Source: Octopus vulgaris (taxonomy: Eukaryota). From it: a stretch of 64,000 bases of DNA. The position numbers were made by a program, and so were the translations under genes. The DNA is taken from the NCBI GenBank assembly GCA_951406725.2, contig OX597822.1, positions 5,456,001-5,520,000 on the forward strand, written 5' to 3'. The notes beneath the pieces were generated by a model that saw nothing but the letters and a program-made list of their open reading frames with translations, ran no database searches and was not told the DNA's origin. Below, piece by piece: positions 1 through 13,668 of this stretch. Position 1 is the first letter of the stretch; the number at the start of each line of letters is the position of its first letter.

Positions 1-314
1 CACCTGGCTAATTAGTGCCTTGTGAGTAAATTCGGTAGATGATAATGTGAAGAAGCCTGTCATCTGTGTATGTAGACATGCAAGAGTTTATCCTTAATTA
101 TGTGCTTCTCGCCCCACCAATTGACAGTTGGTTTGTTTGCTTCTCTGTAACTTGACAGTTCAGCAAAAAGAAGTGAGGGAATAAATATCAGGGATCTTTT
201 GACCTACAGATTTAAAAAATAATTTTTTGTAACTAAACACTTTCAAACTTCAGACACTGGTAGAATGTGTCATATAAAAAAATCTTTTACTCTTAGGATT
301 TTTGAGAAAAACGT

Positions 315-616
315 ACATATACACACAGACTCATGTTTATACAAATATAGTACAGACACACAATGTGTCTATGTGTAACCATGAATAACCACATATATAA
401 AATCTGACACAAATGCTCATATGTGCTAGCTTGTGTGAAACTGTACATCCATATACTCACATAAACGCAATCAAACAAGCATCTATATAACACACGAAAG
501 TTAAAGTATGATAGGTACAAGCATCTTACTATGGATGTTGTAATTTTTTTCATTTTCCTTTTTTCCTTTATGTTTTTCTAGAACTATCACCTTTACACCA
601 ATTCCATACAGTTCTA
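315..616 (+). repeat. Mosaic local duplication of 2235-2429, 1718-1764 and 2526-2600
   Basis: Direct alignment of three consecutive segments to three downstream donor segments. Confidence 0.9.
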
Positions 617-3388
617 GGCAAATCACTCAAAAAATAAAACAAAAAATACAACTTTTTTTTTTTGCAAAAAGAACCCCCTTTTATTTTGTGTAAAAAAATA
701 TTTGATAATTTAACTTTTTATGAAAAGACAGGATTGGCATGGCTAGACTAGTTTTGGTGGTAAATCTGCTTGGTAAGGATCAAGGACTAAATACTGACAA
801 TGACCACATTTGACAATGGGATATGAGGTATCAAATTTAACAAAACTATATTCCTTCTAGAGTTATTTTTCTTGAGCCAATTCCAATCCTCCACAATTCT
901 ATTAACTCAACAACTTTGCTTGTTGTATCTTTTATGTCATCAACAATAACAACAAATAAAGTCTAGTAAAATATAAGGAATTTCCCATTAACAAAGACAT
1001 TGAAGAGGGTCCTATAGATATGAGAAGAATGATTTAGTTCAACCAGATGGCATTAATACTTTAAATAACATCCTATTGGATTTTGGTGGAACAAAAGACT
1101 CAATGCCAATAAAAAAAAAAAACTATACTGAAAGAAATACATAGCAGGAGAGAAAGGTTTCCCATTAAATTCTTAACTTAAACAAAACTATAAATTCAAA
1201 AATGCCTACTTGTGTTTTAATGTAATCTTTAATTACATACACGTTCTCTCTTGTCACCATATTTTTGTTGAAATCACTGCCTTTGTTGCAATTAATTATA
1301 AAAATAATGAACAATTTAGAAAACTATAGTAATTATTAATTGTTGTTTGGAACATAAATTAACATGCACTTTAAATCTTTAATTTAGCTCGTTTTAAAAC
1401 AGGAAGTTTGTATCATAAGATCAAGGATAATCTCAGTCAGGTGGGATCCAAAAGGTCTCACATCACCTTCACCGTCATTATCATTCAATATCTGTTATCT
1501 AAGCTGGCATGGGTTGGACAGGTCATTGTTGTCTTAGTCAGAGATTATTTGGAATTACAACCTAGGAGGTCAAGCACAAACCACTTTACAGAATGTACTG
1601 GACTCTCTTTTTGTGGCACAGGAATGAATGATATCACCAAGTAAAGAAGAGGAAGCCCTCTCAATTAAGTGTGGTTGTAGTGGAAGCAGAGGAAGTGGTT
1701 TTATGCCTGGTGCTGAGAAGTTAATGTATGATAGAAGACATAGATACAAGCATCTTACTATGGAAGACATGCATGTCTATCTTGCATTACATCAGAGTGT
1801 GTGACACTAGCTGGAAGAGAATAGGGATAACAAGGAGTCAGAGCACACTGTCATGGTACAAGAAGATGAATATAAGAAAGAAAGAATGCATAATGAGGAT
1901 GGTGAGGTGTAGCTGGTTAAGTTCACAGAAGTGTGAGGGCAGAGTCACAGGTGGTTACAGATAGACGGTCAGGGATTAATGTATACACACACACACACTT
2001 ATATATACACACACATACAAATACACATACATGTACATACCAATATATTTATATATGCACATATAGATGTACATAAATACGTAAACATATTCACACACAT
2101 ATGCAGATTCAAGTTAGTACAAATATAGTACACACTCAGATGATACATGTGTGCGTACGTGCGTACACACAAATGCATACACATGTACATACCCATACAT
2201 TTATATATGCACACATACGTATATATGTATCCACACATATACACACAGACTCATGTTTATACAAATATAGTACAGACACACAACGTGTCTATGTGTAACC
2301 ATGAATAACCACATATATAAAATCTAACACAAATGCTCATATGTGCTAGCTTGTGTGTCAGTGTGTGAAACTGTACATCCATATACTCACGTGAACGCAA
2401 TCAAACAAACATCTATATAACACACGAAACACCATCGACCATTCTAATTATATTAGTTATGTATGTGACATTATGATGCTTTATCAGGATCAATTAATAG
2501 AACACCCATTGCAACTAGGGTCAGTGATGTTGTAATTTTTTTCATTTTCCTTTTTGTTTTTCTAGAACTATCACCTTTATACCAATTCCCTACAGTTCTA
2601 CACATTCCAAAATACACAAGGACTCCTACATAAAAAACAGAGAGAGAGAGAGAGAGAGCGATGGAAAAGAAAAAAAAGAAAATTGCAGCTACACGTGTTT
2701 GCAGCAACATAGTCTTGTAGTACACAGAACTAATTTTTGTTCAGCACATTACTGGCAGACCAGGTCTGCTACAAAATTAATGTTACATCTTGCTTTTGTT
2801 TCTTTCAAATACAGAACAGTAATTGTTTCTAACATAGGTACAAGGCCAGAGATTCGAGGGGGATGGTTCATTGATTATATTGATCCCTTGACTGGTCTTT
2901 ATTTTATTGAGCTGAAAGGAGGAAAGGCAAAGTTGACCTTGACAGGATTTGAACCCAGACAGTAAAGAACTAGAAGTGAAGAACCACAAGGCATGGGCAA
3001 CTGCTGGCCTTCCATAAACAACTTCGCCCGGACTTGTGCCTCAGAGGGTTACTTTCTAGGTGCAATCCCAGGGTCATTCACGACAAGAAGGATTTTACTC
3101 TTTGGAAAGGATTAAAGACATGACTTCTCAATTACTCAATCACATATCACAGGGTTACTCGTAAACAGAAATAAAAGGAGAATATTATTACTAATGACTA
3201 CTATATATAGTTATTACTAATAAATACTATATATTTATTTACCGCCATTAATGACTAAGATGTAAACATTAGTAGCTATATTGGGAGGTTGATGTAAGTT
3301 CTGTCTCCCTCAATATTTTCATGCTGAGGCCTGCTTCCAAATAAAGCAACATGGAAAGTGAAATTACTGAACGGGAAAAAAAAATTAA

Positions 3389-3608
3389 CCCTTTAGCATT
3401 TAAACCGGCCATATCCGGCCAAAAGTATTCTGTCTGTTTTATGTTCAAACTGGCCAGATCTGGTCTCTCACACCAACCCTACACTATCGTTTAAAAATTA
3501 ACAGCTACCTCATCAAAATCTCATAGCTTCAAGATAATGCATGATTAGTTCAAAACAACGAGGATGAAAAAGCATTAATTTGGGTAGAATAATGTGAACA
3601 CTAAAGGG
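3389..3608. mobile_element. piggyBac-like MITE family 1 (220 bp)
   Basis: TTAA|CCCTTTAG ... CTAAAGGG|TTAA; highly similar copy at 41355-41575; older copies near 4538-4752, 45620-45845, 52198-52869 and 55768-55990. Confidence 0.85.
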
Positions 3609-3924
3609 TTAATGAAGATAAAAAACCCTATTACTTACAACACCTGAGAAATCTTTAGAAGAAAAAAAAGAAGTGCAACAAATTCTCATTGATTGATATA
3701 ATTTATATATTTTGTATGCCATCATCATATTATTATTATTATTATTATTATTATTATCATTATTATTATTATTGTATCACAAGCAATAAATCTATAGAAA
3801 ATGCTCCAAACAGATTAACACGAAATAGTATATGAGAAGGTGTGTTATATCAAGAAACTAATTATGATATGCATGTGTTTGTATGCATACAGAGATATCA
3901 GTTTAATATATTACACCTTTGTAT

Positions 3925-4303
3925 GTACACGTGAGTGGCTGTGTGATAAGAAGCTTGATTCCCAAGAACATGGTTCTGGGTTCAGCCCCACTGTGTGGCA
4001 CCTTCAGCAAGTATCTTCTACTCTAGCTTCAGGCACACTAAAGCTTTGAGAGTGGATTTGGTAGATGGAAACTGAAAGAAGTATGTTGTGTGTGTGTGTA
4101 TGTATGTATATGTGTGTGTGTATTTATGTGTGTGTCAGTATTCGTCCCCCACCATCGTTTGACAACCAATGTTGGTGTGTTTAAGTCCTTGTAACTTAGC
4201 AGTTTGGCAAAAGAGTCAATAGAATAAATACTAGGCTTACAAAGAATAAGTCCTGGGGTCGATTTCTTTGACTAGAAAACCCTGAAACAAGTAAAAGAAT
4301 AAA
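3925..4303 (+). mobile_element. SINE-A older copy (others near 1-190, 10653-10872, 20365-20770 minus, 26735-27110, 40907-41200, 55103-55435, 55604-56185)
   Basis: Diverged but colinear with the young SINE-A copies. Confidence 0.8.
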
Positions 4304-5629
4304 AATATAGTGTTTAGGTCTATAACTTATGCTTCACCAAATCAATTGTACACCACGTGTGGAATAAGTTGATCCTACTACATTCATACTCATGCATATA
4401 TACGAGACATACTTCAATCTAATCAAAAGTTATACACTCACAGTTACATCCACAGTTAAAGGAAATAACAAGAAATCAGTTGCATTATTTTACTCTACTA
4501 GTAACCATTAGTTTAAGATATTTTTCAAATATAAAAGTTAGCATTTAAACCAGCTATATCTAGCCAAAATATTCCATCTGTTTTATGTTGAAACTGGTTA
4601 GATCCAGCCCCTCACACTTACCCCACAACATCATTCTTAAAATAAACAATCACATCATTGAAATCTTCAAGCTATGAGATAATGCATGCTTTATTCACAT
4701 TCAAAACAATGTGAATAAATGAGCATCACGTTTGACAGTAATCCGAATGGTAAACAAACAAACAAACAGCAGAATGAGCATAGAATATTAACCATTTCAA
4801 ATGGTTTCTGGAAGGACATGACATAACAATTTGGCTTATAGGGTTACTGTTTCTTACAATCACTGCTTTGCTTCATAATATGCACCCATACATTTTGTAA
4901 CTGAAAAATTTACACTCTCTTGCAAGATTGAGGTACCATGAAAATGTTTGATGAAAAAGACTGCAATGCCCATCTATTACTTATTCAATATTGATTTATA
5001 ATGAGGGAGTTTGCAGGCTAAAGATGCAGGGGAGCAGTTAGATGATTCCCAGAGGCTTAAAGGCAAAGTTGACCTCAGCAGGGTTTGAACTTAGAATGTA
5101 AAGAACTGAAAGAAATAGAATGAAGACTTTTGCCAATCCACCATCCTGTGCCAGATCAATAATAACACAGTTAAGAGTTTAGATCTTGTAATACAAGACC
5201 TCCTTTTTTTTAAAAAAATTCCTTTATGTATTTCAAGGAGAAAGAGAAGTACTCAAACTTTACAAGCACTTACAGCCATACAATATATATGCAGTTGGTA
5301 TTTAGTTTGTACTATGAAGTGGGTATACACATCTGACATAAAATGGTATTACACAAAAAAATAGTTGGTAGTGGTTATCTAAAAATTACCTATTGCAGAA
5401 ATATATGTTAACACGGAATGCTCTCTACTACTTAAACATAGGTACAATATTCAGTTTTCATTGTTCATCTACCAACTGTCGAACTAACACAGTTGACCAA
5501 CATGGTCTAACTAACACTGTCAACTACTCCTTGATAGTTCACTTAGTTCTTATTTATTGAATCAGTCCACCTTCAGGCATGTGGGGCTGTTCAAGACACT
5601 CCCATAACAGTTTGAATATAATTTGATAA

Positions 5630-6060
5630 ATAATTGTAGGGGAAAATGAAGACTGTGCAAGTTGCAGATGGTAATGGTCCTAAGAAAGAAATTTTAAGGA
5701 AATATGTAGTATAGTGATCTCAAAATGCTGAACTTTACAAAGGAGATGACAGAGGATTGAGATATGCGGCACATTGCTGCATTTCAGAAGACCCACCCAC
5801 CAAATGAGAATTGAGATCCTAAAACCAAGGTGCTATGTAAAAAGCACTTGTCCAGGTGCCACTTAAAAAGCACCTGTGATGTTTCCACATAAAAATCACA
5901 GTACATTTTGTGGAGTGGTTGGTATTAGGAAGGGCATCCAATTGTAGAAAACAAGCCAAAACAGAATATGGAACCTGGTGTAGTCCTTGGCCATAACAGT
6001 TCCTGTCAAGCTGTCCAACCCATGCCAGCATAGTAAACAGATATTAAATGATGATGATGT
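5630..6060 (+). mobile_element. RTE-clade LINE 3' fragment with (GAT)n tail
   Basis: Same 3' tail ending TTAAATGATGATGATG; tail-only copies at 29523-29688, 15705-15760, 43738-44030 minus, 44958-45140 minus, 1475-1630 minus and 61690-61940. Confidence 0.7.
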
Positions 6061-7651
6061 TTAGAGATAAAACAAGTGGCAATATGAGGCGAGACGGATG
6101 CATCGTGTGTTGAAGAAGATATAGTACATAGCTTAGTAGTTCAGAGAAATAAAAGTTACTGTAGAAGCATAGAAAATACTGAGAGAAAAAACAGTGTGTC
6201 TATGAGATAGTAATTGTTGTTTGTTGGTTAGTTAGTTGGTTGGTGGAATCAGCATGAAGGAAACTATCAATATTGTTTGGCTGTAACTGTGGGTGTTGAT
6301 CAATATCAACACATACAATGATTACATTCAGGTTTAAGCGAACAGTGTTGAAGTATTTTCTTGTTCAGAAAATGAAACCTAAACTTAAGCTTCACTTTTA
6401 TAGAATTACGGTTGCTATGAAAAATGAATCTGGGATTGTGTATCCTAGATTTATAGTATGTTCGAGTGTTCAAGCTGTGAGATGTTCAGATGCAAACAGG
6501 GTGTAGAGCAAGACTGGTTTTTTTTGTTTTATTTTTTACTTCTATGATATAAGTAATAAAATTTTTGTAAGATACCATGTTGTCATGTTTATTTCTAAGA
6601 ATCTTTCCAGTGTCTCTATTCATCAAAACAGTGTGAATCAATGTTACAATTGGAAAACAACTGCATGCAGAAGCTTAAGAGGGAGTTAAGAATGGTATCA
6701 TATGCTCAGAAATGAGAATTGGTGGAAGAGACAACATCGTTAATCAGAATCGTTAAAATCAGGGTCAGAGAGAGCCCCATAGACATTAATCCTTTTGAGA
6801 CCAATCTGCTTACTATTGATTCAATAATATAAACTTACTTGAATTTAAAACTTAGCTTAAAAGTGGTCTACATCAAAACTTTCCTCCATCACATATCTAG
6901 TTAATCTGTTCCAAACATCAGCTTAAATAATGACAAAGTTATTTAACTAGATTCTTTGTTATTTTCAAAATTAATTCAAATAAATCAAGTGAATTACAAC
7001 AGAAAAATGGAATTGAAAGAGAGACTTAATCATTTGAATTAAACTGCTCTATTAAAATGTAGAGATTTGTAGGATTTCTATGTTGGCAGCTTTGTGTTAG
7101 AGAGAGCTAAAACCTCTGATAACATTTATGGATAAAAACACTGCTTTTCAGGAGCAAGAAATTACTGGTGAATGACAATAGCAATTTTCTGATAGACTTG
7201 GCTCTGCAGAAATCAGTCTAGTAGTTTACAGAGAAAGAATAATGGATATGTGGTAGTTCACAATTGTTTCAAGTTGGAATTGAGAAGATTTTACAGTAGT
7301 TTGAAAGGTTATGATGAATGCGTACCATGGGAATGGTTAACAATAATGTGTGACCGCATTGTGGATAATGAGGGCTATATGCCATTATTCTTATTTTTAA
7401 TATTATACTTTGCAGTAGGGCAGTGAAGCTGGCAGAATCGCTAGCATGTTGGGCAAATTGCTTAGCGGCATTTTGAACATCTATACATTCTGATTTCAAA
7501 TCCTGCCGAGATCAACTTTCCCTTTCATCCTTTCAGGGGTTGATAGAATGAGTATCAATAGAGCACTGGTGTCTTCTTGGATTGAAATAAATGGGAGGGG
7601 AGGGTTGCGTGTTTTTTTTTCACTTTATTACTATGTGCAAGTGATGAAAGC

Positions 7652-7708
7652 TGGTCAAGAAGGGATAAGGTGGTCAAGAAGGGATGATGTGGTCAAGAAG
7701 GGATGATG
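7652..7708 (+). repeat. 19-bp tandem repeat x3
   Basis: TGGTCAAGAAGGGAT(AAGG/GATG) three times. Confidence 0.9.
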
Positions 7709-8039
7709 TACAACATGGAAGCAGAAACAAGAGACAGCAAGTTTTATGGTTTTATCGAGAGGAATACGACTATCTGGGTAATCTTGTTCAGGAGATTCTG
7801 TAAGAATATGACACAACCAAATATTCACCAACTTAGACTTCAGTACTTGACAGTATTTACAATAATCTTCCTCTTTCTCATGATGATGGTAGACGCAAAA
7901 ATTGGACATTGATTGACCTTCTCAGTTATAATAACAAAACAAAAACATGTATTGCAAATTAATTTCTATGGATTGAATGTTCATAGTAAGTGGCACTGTT
8001 AATACTGTAGAAGTCTGCATAAAAGAATGAATGTACTCA

Positions 8040-8460
8040 TCCTCACAGCTGAAAGTCACTGGCCCCAGACATGACCACCACTCATCATCATATGCTGTAG
8101 TCTTATGTTGTAGCTATATACTTTACCAGAGTCCCCTCTATTTGGTTCTTGATGTCATTACTCCATCTTTGCCTTTCTCCCCCATGAGAATGTTCGCTGT
8201 CCACCCAGCCCCTGAAGATATGAGCACAAAGGTTCTGGGTGCTGATGACATAAGCCATATAACTATCTTCACCAAGTTTTCTTTTTTACCCAGGAGGACT
8301 TTTCAATGAGTTGCCCAACTGATCTACAGCACTTGCCTGCAGAATGTCATCTCAAATGCACTGTCATTTTATGCTTAGGATTTATGATTCACAACCAACA
8401 ATGCTATGGACCAGACCAGGGTCCCTAAAAGTTTTTGCTTAGTGCATTTGCTGAGAGTAC
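8040..8460 (-). mobile_element. Decayed RTE-clade LINE fragment
   Basis: Minus strand LSKCTKQKLLGTLVWSIAL-GCES...AFEM resembles the RTE post-RT region (LYGCESW...AFEM). Confidence 0.65.
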
Positions 8461-8731
8461 AGTTTGCTGATAGTACAGTTTGCTGATAGTAACTCAATAG
8501 AGTCTCTCTATTGAGTAACTTCACCTTCTAAAAAAGAACCAAATATTTCAATATATACAGAGAGCAGTTTCTTTTTGTAAAATGTACAGATATTATAATT
8601 TTTTTTCATTCTCTTATTCAACTTCACAAAGGCCTGCATTTTATGCTTCAAACAAAAGCAATTAGTGTCCACTAAATGCTAATTTAACTTGCTAAAAATA
8701 GCAGTCAGATCATATACTCTAATGTCTTTAA

Positions 8732-8804
8732 CATGTTAACTACAACATCTACCACTGGTGGTTTGATCACAAAATTCACACAACAGGTTGTGGTGGTTAA
8801 CATG
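8732..8804. mobile_element. Miniature TTAA-flanked inverted-repeat element (73 bp)
   Basis: TTAA|CATGTTAACTAC ... GTGGTTAACATG|TTGA, interrupting another dispersed repeat (about 8668-8925). Confidence 0.5.
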
Positions 8805-10822
8805 TTGAAAAGGAAAGGACACATCAGATAATATGAGAAATATCAAAAACAGACAAGTTGGTCATGACATGAATGTCTGATCAAAGGTCTACTTAATCTG
8901 GTCTAACCTAAGACTAAACAATAACATTACACAATAAGATAGAATGACAAGACAGATGTAAAATACTCTGGGTTCTGCACAGCACACATCATAAATACAA
9001 GATGTGTAAAAGAACATATAGCAAGGTCACATAGCAGACAAAACCACAACATAGTGAGAATGCAAGACTGATGGTGCAAGGTTAGTATAACTCATTCAAA
9101 AGGCTAAGGTTTGAACCTGAGACTATTTAACAATGTTCAAACAGTTTTGATAATCTACAATTATCGACCATTTCTTTTATTGTAAAAAAGCTGAGCGTCT
9201 GGCACCAAGAACGTGCTAATATGTCTACTAAATAGGAAATGTCACTGAGATTCAAGTGCTAAAAATCTAAGAAAGAGTGTTAAGAACGCTTTTATGTGAT
9301 AAAAGTCCTATAGTAAACTTGATTAGTATAAAACTATTAAGAAGTTCATTATTAACTTTGATGAGCTAAAATTCCTTATCATACATTTTGTATAAACTAT
9401 TTAGTTGTCAATGATGACTTCTGTGAGAGAAAAAAGAGGGGTGACGAGGGAGAGATAGAGTGTTATGTTTTGGTTTGCAGCAATAGATAGTAGCTAATAT
9501 CAAATCTTTTCTATTGGCAAACAAACTTGTAACACTCATGAATAAATGGATATAACTACACACACACATATATATGTATGTATGTATGTATGTGCATGTA
9601 TGTGTGTGTGCATATGTTTTGCAATAGATAAGAGATTATATGAATGTGTGTCTTCATCCCCTCAGTAAGAGCAGTAGAAAGAGAAGAAGAACAGGTGAAA
9701 TATAGAGGAAGGAGATAAAAGCAGAATGAAAGAAATTGGGAGGAGTTGGGAAGGGTTTGCAAAGAAGTAATGTTGATATATGTGCATCTCTCACATATAG
9801 AGGAAATAAAAGACAGAGATAAAGGTAGCATAAAAGTGATTAGTTGTGTGTGTGTGTGTGTGTCTTTTATCTTTTATGTTTACCTGACTGCCTCTCCCAT
9901 TCGAGAGAAAGAGAAAAAAAGAAATAATGAGCATGCATGTCTACATATATGTATATATCTACCTGTATTCCTCTCTCTCTCTCTCTCTCTAAATATTCAA
10001 TCACTGATGGATTTTGGAACTTATCAAACATTACTGATTCGTGAATAAATTTTATGAAAAACAGGCAAACCAATTTTTCTTGTTTTGTATTTTTTTGGTT
10101 GTTTTGTTTCATTATTTCAGTGTTGCTTATAACAAGTTATTTTCTTTTTATTAAATTATCGTCTTTTCTTGTATCACAAGAATGACTTAGCTTACTGTTA
10201 GTTGACAAGGACTAATGACTACGTAAAATATTAATAACAAAACAAAACAAGATTTATAATTAATGGTTGAAAAAACAGAAAAATTGATGCAAACAAAGAG
10301 AAAAATCATATTTTAGATAAATTCTTTCCCCTGAGAAACACTCTAAGAAATACAGGAATATGTTAAACTAGTTTAGATAGCTTATGTAGACACCTGCAGG
10401 GCAAATATCAAATTGAAAACAAGATGCTGGTGTTGCTTCTATTTTACTATTTATAAGATTGTTGTTGCTTGATACAAAACAAAGGAAATAAAATCAGTTT
10501 GTCAGGAAATAAAACTGTACAGAAAACAAAATAACTGTAAAAAGTTTATGCAAAACTATAATTAGTTTAATTTGTTTTCTTGCTTCACACTTAGGGAGAG
10601 AAATTTGTGTTTGTATGTGTATATTTGTGTACACACACATATATACTATAGAGGTAGGCATGGCTGTGAGCTTAAGAAGCTCACTTCCCAACCATGTGGC
10701 TTCAGGTTCAATCCCACTACATGCCACCATGGGCAAGTGGCTTCTGTTATAGACCTGTGCCAACTAAAACCTTATGGGTGGATTTCATAGATGCAAACTG
10801 AAAGAAGCCCATAGTGCACACG

Positions 10823-10875
<53 letters not shown>

Positions 10876-12061
10876 TATTTATTTTTATTTTTTATTTTAT
10901 CTAGTTTCAGCTCACGAGCTGTGGCCATGCTGGGGCACCGCCATTATGGACTCTTCCATCATTAAATGACAGGTAGTTTCCACAATTCTTGCTGAACAAT
11001 CACACAAATGGCTTATTTATAATGATCAAATGTTTGTGTTCACATAAGCACATTCCATACATCAAATCAACATCGTTTGTGCAGGTGCACAAGTGTATCA
11101 TGTGTTAGGTCTCGAAATGATCACAGAGCAACATGAAATGAAGCATTTTGCTCAAGAACATAACACAACATCCAGTCTAGGAGTCGAAATCACAATCTCA
11201 CAATTGTGAGTACAAACTCCTAACCACTAGGCTATGTGTCTTCATGCACACACACACACGTGTGTATATATATATATATATACACATATGTATGCATGTG
11301 CATAGGTGTGTTTGTTTGCATCTCTGTCTAGACAACATATAACAGTTGATCTTCAATCTTCTGAATAAATATTACCATACTTGGGAAACAGGTGGTAGCT
11401 AGCAACAAGAAGGGACATAAAAGTGTGCCTTGATGAATTCCATCTGATCGATGCAAGCATGGATGTAAAAGTGATGATGATGAAGATGATACAGATAGAG
11501 AAGTGTTGGCATGGTAGTGCGATTAAGACATTCACTTTACAACCAGATCATTTTAGGTTCGGCTCCACTGCATGACACCAAGGACAAGTATCTTCTCCTA
11601 TGCTTTGCAAGCATAACTATTAGATAGAAACTACATGGAAGGCTTCCTGTATGTGCACATACATGCATAAAAGTTATCATTTCTACTTTTCACATGAGAT
11701 TGTTTGATGGTGTTGTGTCTGCATTTGAAGTGGATATTATGCCCTGTAGCTCTGCATTCTCAGAGTTATGGGGGGAAAAAGCCTCTACATATGAAACAAG
11801 TAATGATTGAACAAAAGGAAAATTATCCAACTATAAAACAATTATTTCAAATAAGTACCTACACAAATAATGCAAACAGAGCAACAAAGAAACAAATGTA
11901 CACACACACACATCTACATGCACACACATATGCACACACACACACACAGACATTAAACTTCCTTAGACCCCTTGCACACACACACACACACACACACACT
12001 TGCATATACTCATATATAAATGTGTAGCAGTTTTAAACTGGACAGTTTGTACAATAATTAT

Positions 12062-12404
12062 TCTGAGACCCCCTTCAGTCATGACACAGACCATAGGATC
12101 GCACCTAAAAAGTTACCCTCCCAGGCACAAGTCCGGGCAATGTTGCTTATGGAAGACCAGCAGTTTCCCATGCATACCAGCGTCCCCTCTCCACGCCACC
12201 AGTGTTATCCAAAGGAAAGGCAAAGGGGCCGATACAGCTTGGCACCAGTGACGTCGCAACTCATTTCTACAGCTGAGTGAACTGGAGCAATGTGAAATAA
12301 AGTGTCTTGCTCAAGAACACAACACGCAGCCCGGTCTGGGATTTGAGCTCACAACCTCATGATCGTAAGCTTGACGCTCTAACCACTGAGCCATGCGCCT
12401 TCAC
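12062..12404 (-). mobile_element. SINE-D: tRNA-derived SINE with V/Meta-like domain, 11-bp TSD
   Basis: Minus strand GGCGCATGGCTCAGTGGTTAGAGCG...GTGTTCTTGAGCAAGACACT; TSD ACAATAATTAT at 12051-12061 and 12405-12415; fragments near 2992-3095, 11140-11245, 48955-49200 and 63370-63450. Confidence 0.88.
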
Positions 12405-13668
12405 ACAATAATTATACCAACATCAGATTCCAATAATTTTCAGAGCAACAAATCTCTTTAATCTGTCTGGATCCAAACAGATATCAACTCGGTGGGTTTT
12501 AGAAAATAAGTCCCTTTCTGTAATTCAGAAACTTTAGATAAGTGCTAAATACAACATAATAAAAGAATTCCCCCAGACCTGTTTAGATCTAAAGACTAGA
12601 TGCTGATTGAAGTGATAACGGTGAACCTAACAAGAGATATGATATAACAAGCCAATTCTTATAATAATGTCTCATGTTTCTGGGTTCAAATGTCAGTAAA
12701 ATATATTTCTGCTGTTATCACTCCAGTAAACATTATTTACATTATAAATACTTTTATTCTCCCCACCAATAACACAAACATAAACTAGTTCATATTTCAA
12801 TCATAACTCTAAAGTATTAATATTCTTGTCAAATATAAGTATAATTGTAGGTAGCTACAATAAGCAGCACTGATGCCCACAACCATCCTTTTCACCCCCT
12901 TAATGTTCATTTTCTCCATGTATATGTGTATTGGAGAAAGCAGTAACACAACATTGCACTATGGAAATCCCTCCAATACCATTGATAAAAATCAATATCG
13001 GCCGAGTCTTCTTAAGTTTGTATATAGGCACTAATGCAAACAGAAATACCATTTCACACCATTTGCATCAACCATTAACATATCAAAATAAACAGTTAAA
13101 GATTTTCAAATAGACCCTTAGCTTATGTCACTAATGGACTTGGAAAGTATGAGAAGTTTACAAATTTCTCCCAAAGAGGAGGATAAAAGTTAATGCTTTG
13201 TGCCAACATACAAATCATTATTATAATTGCCAACACATTAGAATGGCAGACAGAATAAACCACTTTATTGTATGTAATTTCATCTTTCTAGATTTTGATT
13301 TTAAACCATCATGCTCCACTTCCCAGTTGATAGAATAAAAATCAGTTATGTACCTGCATCCATTATTGAACTGTCCCATCTTTTATAAAATCATGACCTT
13401 TTTCTAATTTAAGAGATCTTCTTGTAGCGATGGCTGCTGTGAGCCATCTACTGAATGCAAATCCAAAACACAAAAATACCCAAATGATTGATTGAGAGCA
13501 ACCTACAAGTTCCATTGCTAATACATGCTTGTCTAAAGTCAAGACAGCATACTTTGATATGATGCAGTGGTTTAGTGTGGTCAGGTCTAAAATATCTTGT
13601 TATAAGTTGTGGTAGGCATGGTTAGCATGGAGTTCGGTCTTAATTTCTGATGCAAACTATTTCATTTA

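Noticed and set aside
1999-2298. Cys/Tyr/His-rich ORFs (also 21811-22157, 23740-24054, 63719-63963)
   Set aside because: Translations of TA/CA/TG microsatellite-like sequence.
7652-7708. CRISPR-like repeats
   Set aside because: Contiguous tandem units without spacers, in eukaryotic DNA.
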